Part shown: positions 57,549 through 64,000 of the stretch, piece after piece | Layout: the number at the start of each line of letters is the position of its first letter | Position numbering within the stretch: the first letter of the stretch is position 1 | Assembly: GCA_965228475.1 (NCBI GenBank) | Contig: OZ245817.1 | Coordinates: 4,544,001 to 4,608,000, forward strand | Length of the DNA: 64,000 nucleotides | Reading direction: 5' to 3' | From: Myxococcota bacterium | GTDB taxonomy: Bacteria > Myxococcota_A > UBA9160 > JAFDDA01 | Translations under genes and position numbers: made by a program | Notes under the pieces: generated by a model | The model's database searches: none | What the model was told of the DNA's origin: nothing | What the model saw: the letters and a program-made list of their open reading frames with translations, nothing else

Positions 57549-58792
57549 CCGGCGCTGGCCGCACGCCCCGTCAGGAAGAACGTCTCGATGGCGTCGCGCC
57601 CACGGAGCTCCGTCTCGCCCCGCGCCTCGAAGGCATAGGCATCACCGAGCGCACGCCGGGCGTCGCTCGAGACGTGCACGCGGGAAGGCTGCCCGCTCGC
57701 CTCGAGGCGGCTCGCGACGTTCACCGTGTCTCCCCAGAGGTCGTAGGCGAACTTCTTGCGGCCGATCACGCCGGCCACGATCGGCCCGCAGTGCAGGCCG
57801 ATCCGCACCTCGACGCCGAGCTCCCGCTTGGCCCGGAGCTTCTCGACCTCCTCGAGCATGTCGAGCGCCATCTCGGCCGCGGCCTCGGCGTGGTCCGTGC
57901 GCGGGCGCGGGATCCCGCTCGCCACCATGTAGGCGTCGCCGATGGTCTTGATCTTCTCGACCCCGTGCCGCTCGGCCAGCGCGTCGAAGACGGAGAAGAT
58001 CTCGTTCAGGAGCGAGACGACCTCCGCCGGGTCGCGGTCCGCGGAGAAGCGGGTGAAGCCGACGAGGTCCGCGAAAACGACGGTCACTTCCTCAAAGCCA
58101 TCGGCGAGGGGGTTCACGCCGGCCTTCAGGCGCTCCGCCACGGGCTCGGGGAGGACGTTCAGGAGCAGCGCTTCGGAACGCTCCTGCTCCTCGCGAAGGG
58201 CCTCCTGGGCCTGGGCGACGAGCCGGCTGTTCCAGATGAGCGCGCCGGTGACGAGCCCCGACGTCAAGAGCAGGATCAACCCACGCGCGAGTGGAACGAA
58301 GCCCGGGTCGAGCTCGACCACGGGCTTTCGCCCTGCGACCCCGGCGTACATCGCACCGATCGACGCCACGCCGAAACCGAGCGCGAGCAGCATCCAGGGC
58401 CGCTCCGTTCGGGCGAAGAGCAGGACCCCTGCCATCAGCGGCACGAGCGCGAGGAACGGCGCGCCCGCTTCGATCCCGATCAGGCGGCCGAAGGTCAGGA
58501 CCTGCACGGAAGCCACGCCGACGAGCGCGAGCCTCCCGCCGAGAAAGTGGCCGCGCAGGATCATCAACAGGCCCGCGAGGTAGAGCGCGCCGAAGATCAG
58601 CGGAAGAAACCGCCAGGCGCCGGGGAGCGTTTGGGTCGCGAGCATCGGCGCGAGGACGAAGGCGTTGAACGTCGCGTAGAGGCTCACGACGAGGGCGACC
58701 CCGCCCACCCAATAGGCGAGGCGTACGGGGCGGACCTTCTCCGGCTCGGCGGGGACCGGGAGATTCCGCAGGCTCATGCGCCGCCCGCTCAC
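57545..58792 (-). CDS. Membrane class-III adenylate/guanylate cyclase
   Basis: 6 TM; LLLNVLP, FADLVGFT, KIKTIGDAYM, AYDLWGDTVNVASRLE. Confidence 0.93.
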   Translation of the reverse strand: MSGRRMSLRNLPVPAEPEKVRPVRLAYWVGGVALVVSLYATFNAFVLAPMLATQTLPGAWRFLPLIFGALYLAGLLMILRGHFLGGRLALVGVASVQVLTFGRLIGIEAGAPFLALVPLMAGVLLFARTERPWMLLALGFGVASIGAMYAGVAGRKPVVELDPGFVPLARGLILLLTSGLVTGALIWNSRLVAQAQEALREEQERSEALLLNVLPEPVAERLKAGVNPLADGFEEVTVVFADLVGFTRFSADRDPAEVVSLLNEIFSVFDALAERHGVEKIKTIGDAYMVASGIPRPRTDHAEAAAEMALDMLEEVEKLRAKRELGVEVRIGLHCGPIVAGVIGRKKFAYDLWGDTVNVASRLEASGQPSRVHVSSDARRALGDAYAFEARGETELRGRDAIETFFLTGRAASAG

Positions 58793-59511
58793 TTCCGCTT
58801 CTCGAATTCTCGGCGCTCGCGCTCCCAGGACGGCGGGAGCTTCTCGCGGAACTGGCGACGCATGGAAGAGCTGTGCGGCGGCCCGTCTCCCCAGTAGGCG
58901 GCATCCTCGGAGCGGATCGGGTCCTCACCCGCGGCAACCATCTCCAGATACGGAAGGTCGTCGTAGCCCCAGAAGAGTTCGCCTTCGAGTTCGAGCATCG
59001 GTACGCCGAAGACGCCGCGCTCGATGGCATCGTCGGTGTTCCCGCGGAGGCGGAGCTTGATCTCGGGCGCCGTGGCGCGCTCGGCGATCGTGTCCGCATC
59101 GGTGACGCCGGCCTCCCGGGCGACCTCCACCACGACGGCGGGGTCGGAGACGTCGCGCTGCTCGCTCCACGTCGCGGCGAAGAGAGCCCCGATCAGGCGC
59201 TCCCGCTCGGCCGGGTCGAGCTCGAGGCAGGAGGCGCGCAGCGGAAGGAGCGGGTTGAAGGGGTGCGTGTTCGGAGGGCGGAGCGGAACGCCGAGCAGCG
59301 CCGCCTTGCGCAGCGTGTTCCGGACCATCCAGCGCGCCTTCGGGCGGATCTCCGCCGGGCCGAGCTGGCCGTTCGCTTCGAGCAGACCTGCGAACAGCAC
59401 GGGCACCGGCTCCACCTCGAACGCGTACTTCTCGGCCAGCTCCGGGAGGCGGAGCCACGCGAGGTACGCGTTCGAGGAGATGTAGTCGAGGTAGAAGCGG
59501 AGCGTCCTCAC
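58789..59511 (-). CDS. DsbA-like / 2-hydroxychromene-2-carboxylate isomerase (kappa-GST-like)
   Basis: FYLDYISSNAYL, HPFNPL, GVFGVP, FWGYD. Confidence 0.88.
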   Translation of the reverse strand: MRTLRFYLDYISSNAYLAWLRLPELAEKYAFEVEPVPVLFAGLLEANGQLGPAEIRPKARWMVRNTLRKAALLGVPLRPPNTHPFNPLLPLRASCLELDPAERERLIGALFAATWSEQRDVSDPAVVVEVAREAGVTDADTIAERATAPEIKLRLRGNTDDAIERGVFGVPMLELEGELFWGYDDLPYLEMVAAGEDPIRSEDAAYWGDGPPHSSSMRRQFREKLPPSWERERREFEKRK

Positions 59512-61181
59512 GAGCGCTCCGCCTGCGCCTTGCGGGCACTGGCGCGGATGTAGCGGCGCGAGATCGGCGAGATGTCGTCCTTGGGCACGACGCACTCGAC
59601 GAGGGCGAAGCGGCGCTGGGCGTGGGCGGCGCGCAGGGCCTCGCGCAGCTCGACGGGGTTCGTCGCGCGGAAGCCGACGCCGCCCCACTCCTGGGCCAGC
59701 TCCGCGTAGGGCCAGTTCGGGATCTCGAGCAGATCCTGGCGCGGCGAGACCGGGCGGAAGATTCCCCAGCCCGCGTTGTTCACCAGCACGACGATCGGCG
59801 AGAGCCCGCGCCTGGGCGCGTGGGAGATCTCCATCCCCGTCATCTGGAAGGCGCCGTCGCCCGAGAGCACGAGCGGCCGGCGCCCCGTGCCGATCTGCGC
59901 GCCCATCGCCGCGGGCACGCCGAAGCCCATGGAAGCGTAGTAGCCCTGAGCGAAGTAGAGGCCGCCCGCCGGGATGCGCACCTCGAGGCCACCGAAGAGC
60001 ATGTCGCCGGACTCGGCGAAGACGTCGTAGCTGCGCGGCGCCTCGGCGAGGAAGTCGTTCACCTCGACGAGCAGATCGTTGATGGAGAGCTCCGAGGGCG
60101 TGCGCGCGCCGGCCTTCCTCCGCTTCAGGTTGTCGTGGTAGACCACGCGCTCCTTGAAGCGCGGCAGCTTCTCACGCCCAAGCGCGCGCACGAAGTCGCC
60201 GAGCGTGACGTCCGTGTACTGATGGAAGGAGACGTTCACGCGGTTGCCGACAGCCCAGACGGAGTTCTCGCGCTTCACCTGAGGCTTGGTCGCGCCAAGG
60301 TTCATGTCCGTGAGCTGGTTTCCGAGCGAGAGCACGAGGTCCGCATCGCGCACGCGCTTCTCGATCGGCTTCGGGCTGAAGGGGCCGATGTGGATGCCCA
60401 TGTGGAGCGGGTGATCCATCGGGAAGACGCCCTTGGCGAGCACCGTCGTCACCACCGGCGCGCCGATCTTCTCGGCGAGCTTGCGGAAATCCTTCTCGCA
60501 GCGCTCGCGGAAGAGCTCGACGCCGCCGAAGAGGACCGGCCGTTTCGCCGCGCGCAGCCGCTCGACGGCCTCGGCCACCGCCTCGCGCAGCTTGCGCGGG
60601 TCCGAGCGCGTGGGCGGGAACTTCCCGTCCCAATCGCGGATCTCCTTCGGCACCGGGATCTCCATCCCGACGAGGTCGCGATGGATTTCGAGGTACCCGG
60701 GCCGGAGCTCGGTCTGGATCCGCCCGACCAGCTCGTGGATCTCGAGGGCCGCGCGTTCGGGGTGCTCGAGGATCCGCGCGTCGCAGCAGATCTCGCGGAA
60801 GATGTTGCACTGGCCCTCGATGCTCTTGGCCTGGTGGTGGACACCGCCGATCTGGGTCTCGGCCTCGCCCGGCCCGCCGGAGACCACGAGCAGCGGCACC
60901 TGCTCGGCATAGGCCCCGGCCACCGGGTTCACCACGTTGTGGCCCCCGGCGCCGTAGGTCACACAGACCACGCCGAGGCGCCGGGTGCTGCGCGCGTAGC
61001 CGTCGGCGGCGAAGCCCACGGCGGGCTCGTGGGAGAAGGTCACGATCTCGAGCCCGCGGTCGCGGCCGAAGCGGTGGAAGAGGCTGAGCACCAGATCGCC
61101 GGGGAGCCCGAAGATGTGGGTCACGTCCATCCGGTTCAGGTAGGCGACGAGGAAGTCGCCGAGGGCCATGCGCGGCTTCAT
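59508..61181 (-). CDS. ThDP-dependent indolepyruvate/phenylpyruvate decarboxylase family
   Basis: FGLPGD, SHEPAVGFAADGYAR, VTYGAGG, HHQ, GYYASMGF, GDGAFQMTG...NN. Confidence 0.9.
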   Translation of the reverse strand: MKPRMALGDFLVAYLNRMDVTHIFGLPGDLVLSLFHRFGRDRGLEIVTFSHEPAVGFAADGYARSTRRLGVVCVTYGAGGHNVVNPVAGAYAEQVPLLVVSGGPGEAETQIGGVHHQAKSIEGQCNIFREICCDARILEHPERAALEIHELVGRIQTELRPGYLEIHRDLVGMEIPVPKEIRDWDGKFPPTRSDPRKLREAVAEAVERLRAAKRPVLFGGVELFRERCEKDFRKLAEKIGAPVVTTVLAKGVFPMDHPLHMGIHIGPFSPKPIEKRVRDADLVLSLGNQLTDMNLGATKPQVKRENSVWAVGNRVNVSFHQYTDVTLGDFVRALGREKLPRFKERVVYHDNLKRRKAGARTPSELSINDLLVEVNDFLAEAPRSYDVFAESGDMLFGGLEVRIPAGGLYFAQGYYASMGFGVPAAMGAQIGTGRRPLVLSGDGAFQMTGMEISHAPRRGLSPIVVLVNNAGWGIFRPVSPRQDLLEIPNWPYAELAQEWGGVGFRATNPVELREALRAAHAQRRFALVECVVPKDDISPISRRYIRASARKAQAERS

Positions 61182-61212
61182 CGTCGAGAGGCCGCGCCGG
61201 GCCTTCGCCGCC

Positions 61213-61776
61213 CTACGAGCCGCCATCCGCGCCTCCGAGCATGCGCCAGCGGAAGAGCGCCGCGATCACCAGCGCGTGGTGGATCTCGCCGGCCTCGATC
61301 CGACGCTCGATCTCGGCTCCGGGGACCAGCTCGACGTGGGTCTCCTCGGTCGATTCGTTGCGGATCTCGGCGACCTTCTCGCAGGCCGGCGCCACGAACT
61401 GGAAGCAGCGGTTGTCGAAGAGCGCCGGGTTCGGGTTCACCGAGCCGATCGGGATGAGCGGTGCCCCGGCCCGGTAGCCCGTCTCCTCGAGGAGCTCCCG
61501 GGCGCCGGCCACCACCGGCTTCTCGCCCGGGTCGACCATCCCGCCCGGGATTTCGAGGGTCACTTCCTGGCAGCCGTGACGGTACTGCCGCACCATGACG
61601 ACCCGGCCGTCGCCCGTCACCGGGACGACGTTCACCCAGTCGTCCGCCTGGATCTGGTAGAAGGGATGGACGTCGCCGGTGCGCGGAGAGCGCGCCTGTG
61701 TCCTGGCCACACGAAAGACGGCGCAATCGTGCAGGGGTTCGGTCTCGACCACCGACCACGGTCGCGGAGACGACAT
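61213..61776 (-). CDS. NUDIX hydrolase (ADP-ribose pyrophosphatase-like)
   Basis: RQYRHG, EIPGGMVDPGE...ARELLEETG. Confidence 0.92.
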   Translation of the reverse strand: MSSPRPWSVVETEPLHDCAVFRVARTQARSPRTGDVHPFYQIQADDWVNVVPVTGDGRVVMVRQYRHGCQEVTLEIPGGMVDPGEKPVVAGARELLEETGYRAGAPLIPIGSVNPNPALFDNRCFQFVAPACEKVAEIRNESTEETHVELVPGAEIERRIEAGEIHHALVIAALFRWRMLGGADGGS

Positions 61777-61834
61777 CGCAATGGAAGCTAGCATCCCCGC
61801 GGCACAGCGCGGCCACTCCCGCCGGAACTTGTTC

Positions 61835-63841
61835 ATGGTGGTGGTGGCGATCGCGTGCGGCGTGGCCGGTGCCTTCGGCGCGGTCTTCTTCCGCTACCTG
61901 ATCGAGTTCTTCCAGTCGGGCTTCTACGGCGGGCTCGCGGGCTTCGCCTCCTTCTTCGCCGGCGAGGCACCCCACGCCGACGACCTGGTCGAGATCGCGC
62001 GCGCGCTGCCCTGGTACTGGGTCCTGCTCGCGCCGGCGGCCGGCGGCGCGCTCGTCGGACCGCTGGTCTGGTTCTACGCGCGGGAAGCGAAGGGCCACGG
62101 CGTGCCGGAGGTGATGCAGGCCGTCGCCCTGAACGGCGGCGTGATCCGCCCGCGTGTCGTCGTCGTGAAGACCCTGGCCTCGGCGCTCTCGATCGGCTCG
62201 GGCGGTTCGGTCGGCCGCGAAGGCCCGATCGTGCAGATCGGCTCGGCGGTGGGCTCGGTGATCGGCCAGTTCCTGCGGCTCCCGCCGAGCGAGCTGCGCG
62301 TCATTGTCGCCTGCGGCGCGGCGGCGGGCATCGCCGCCACCTTCAACGCGCCGATCGCCGGGGCGCTGTTCGCCGTGGAAGTCATCCTCGCGGACTTCGG
62401 CGCGGTCATGTTCACGCCGATCGTCATCTCCTCCGTCGTGGCGACGGTCATCTCACGCAGCATCCTCGGCGACGTCCCCGCCTTCGAGGTGCCCCAGTAC
62501 GAACTCGTGAGCGGCTGGGAGCTCTTCCCCTTCGCGCTGGTCGGCGTCGCCGCCGGGATCGCGGGGCTCCTCTTCCAGTTCTCGCTCTACAAGACCGAGG
62601 ATCTCTTCGAGCGCATCCCGCTCCCGCCGTGGTTGAAGGCCGCGCTCGGCGGTTTGCTCGTCGGCGGCATGGGCGCCATGGGTCTGCCCCACGTCTTCGG
62701 CGTCGGCTACGGCTCGATCACCGCAGCCATGACGGACCAGCTCCCGCTGCTGACGCTCGTCGGCCTGCTGTTCGCGAAGATCATCTCGACCGCCATCACC
62801 GTCGGCTCGGGCGGCTCGGGCGGCATCTTCGCTCCATCCTTGTTCATGGGAGCGATGCTCGGCGGCGCGCTCGGCAGCGTGATCCACGCCTGGTTCCCGG
62901 AGTCCACCGCGACCGGCGGCTCCTACGCGCTCGTCACCATGGGCGGCTTCGTCGCGGCGACCACCCACGCGCCGATCACCGCGATCATCATGATCTTCGA
63001 ACTCACGAGCAACTACACCATCATCCCGGCGCTCATGGCGACCTGCGTGGTGGCGATGCTCGTGACGAGCCTCTTCTCGCGCGATTCCATCTACACCGCG
63101 AAGCTCCGCCGCCGCGGCGTGAACCTCGACGCCGAGCAGGACCCGAACGTCCTGCGCGGCCGATCCGTCGCCGAAGTCGCGGACCGTGAGCCCGAACGCC
63201 TGCGCGCCTCCGCCAACCTGCAGGTGGTGGTCGACCGCATCGTCCAGAGCGACCACACGGAAATCTTCGTCGTCAACGAACGCGACGAGCTGCTCGGCAC
63301 CATCTACCTGAGAGAACTCCGCCGCGTCCTCCCCGAGATCAACGAGCTCCGCGACGTCGTCGTCGCCGAGGACCTACTGGTCGGCGAAGTCCCCTACGTC
63401 ACCGAAGACGACGACCTCGCCCAGGTCATGCGCATCTTCAGCCAGGACACCTACGAAGAGATCCCCATCCTGGACGACGAAGCGCGGCTGATCGGCAGCG
63501 TCCACAAACGCGACGTCATCAACATCTACAACCAGGGCGTCCTCGAGCGGGACCTCGCCGGCGGCGTCTCCCACTCCTTCAGCGTCCTCAGCAAGGTGAA
63601 GTCCGTCGAGCTCGGCGGCGGCTTCATCCTCCAGGAGATGCAGGCCCCGCCCTCGTTCTTCGGGAGGACGCTCGCGTCGCTCGACGTGGCGCGGAGAAGC
63701 GGCGTGCAGGTGATCCTGCTCCGGCGCCACGGCGAGAGCGCCCCGCGCCTCCCGAAGGCCGCCGACCCGATCGAGGCGGGAGATCGCCTGGTCGTCGCGG
63801 GCACGGTCGAGAGCGTCGAGAAGCTGCACACGCTCCGATAG
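61835..63841 (+). CDS. ClC chloride channel/H+ antiporter with CBS pair and C-terminal TrkA-C domain (start may be 61781 or 61829)
   Basis: GHGVPEV, GREGP, FNAPIAG.LFAVE, GIFAPSL, SIY; CBS and TrkA-C-like tail. Confidence 0.92.
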   Translation: MVVVAIACGVAGAFGAVFFRYLIEFFQSGFYGGLAGFASFFAGEAPHADDLVEIARALPWYWVLLAPAAGGALVGPLVWFYAREAKGHGVPEVMQAVALNGGVIRPRVVVVKTLASALSIGSGGSVGREGPIVQIGSAVGSVIGQFLRLPPSELRVIVACGAAAGIAATFNAPIAGALFAVEVILADFGAVMFTPIVISSVVATVISRSILGDVPAFEVPQYELVSGWELFPFALVGVAAGIAGLLFQFSLYKTEDLFERIPLPPWLKAALGGLLVGGMGAMGLPHVFGVGYGSITAAMTDQLPLLTLVGLLFAKIISTAITVGSGGSGGIFAPSLFMGAMLGGALGSVIHAWFPESTATGGSYALVTMGGFVAATTHAPITAIIMIFELTSNYTIIPALMATCVVAMLVTSLFSRDSIYTAKLRRRGVNLDAEQDPNVLRGRSVAEVADREPERLRASANLQVVVDRIVQSDHTEIFVVNERDELLGTIYLRELRRVLPEINELRDVVVAEDLLVGEVPYVTEDDDLAQVMRIFSQDTYEEIPILDDEARLIGSVHKRDVINIYNQGVLERDLAGGVSHSFSVLSKVKSVELGGGFILQEMQAPPSFFGRTLASLDVARRSGVQVILLRRHGESAPRLPKAADPIEAGDRLVVAGTVESVEKLHTLR

Positions 63842-64000
63842 CTAGGACCCCACCGCGAAAGCGTTCAGCTTGTTGCCATCCAGGTCTCGGAAGTAGGCGG
63901 CGTAGAAGAATCCGTCCCGATCCCCCGGAGGGCCTTCGTCGCTGCCTCCGAGTTCCAACGCCTTCGCGTAGAGCGCATCGACCTCGTCGTTCGACTCGAG
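63842..64000 (-). CDS. VOC family protein, C-terminal part (starts beyond window end)
   Basis: Own translation: EVDALYAKALELGGSDEGPPGDRDGFFYAAYFRDLDGNKLNAF. Confidence 0.88.
   Translation of the reverse strand, partial: LESNDEVDALYAKALELGGSDEGPPGDRDGFFYAAYFRDLDGNKLNAFAVGS

Overview
Very GC-rich (roughly 70% by eye), densely coding bacterial chromosome segment. Gene content and style (PEP-CTERM protein, several LLM/F420-type oxidoreductases, Gly-rich S18, PDZ-TM-GAF kinase) suggest a Myxococcota-like deltaproteobacterium; this is inference. About 67 CDS can be supported. They include a complete Rrf2-sufBCDSU-sufT operon, cysH, rpsR, proS, rnd, pepP, acs, sfsA-mutY-smr, aroC and a ClC channel. 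I saw no tRNA, rRNA, CRISPR array or mobile element. Most other long ORFs in the track are GC-rich shadow frames. Best discovery candidates: (1) a ~185-nt non-coding RNA on the minus strand (about 33093 to 32907), not explained by any real ORF, bounded by a near-consensus sigma54 promoter and an intrinsic terminator, with long G-U-containing helices and a C-rich loop, lying tail-to-tail with RNase D (reminiscent of the myxobacterial Pxr/RNase D pair); (2) a translationally coupled class-III aminotransferase-LuxE-LuxC operon that could convert acid to aldehyde to amine, sharing a 22-bp bidirectional promoter with (3) a CDF transporter-FolK fusion; (4) an orphan Zn-motif-free S18 with a long RGG/Pro repeat extension; (5) an uncharacterised six-gene catabolic operon; (6) a ChpT-like pseudo-kinase. 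All calls come from reading motifs by eye; no database searches or folding computations were run.
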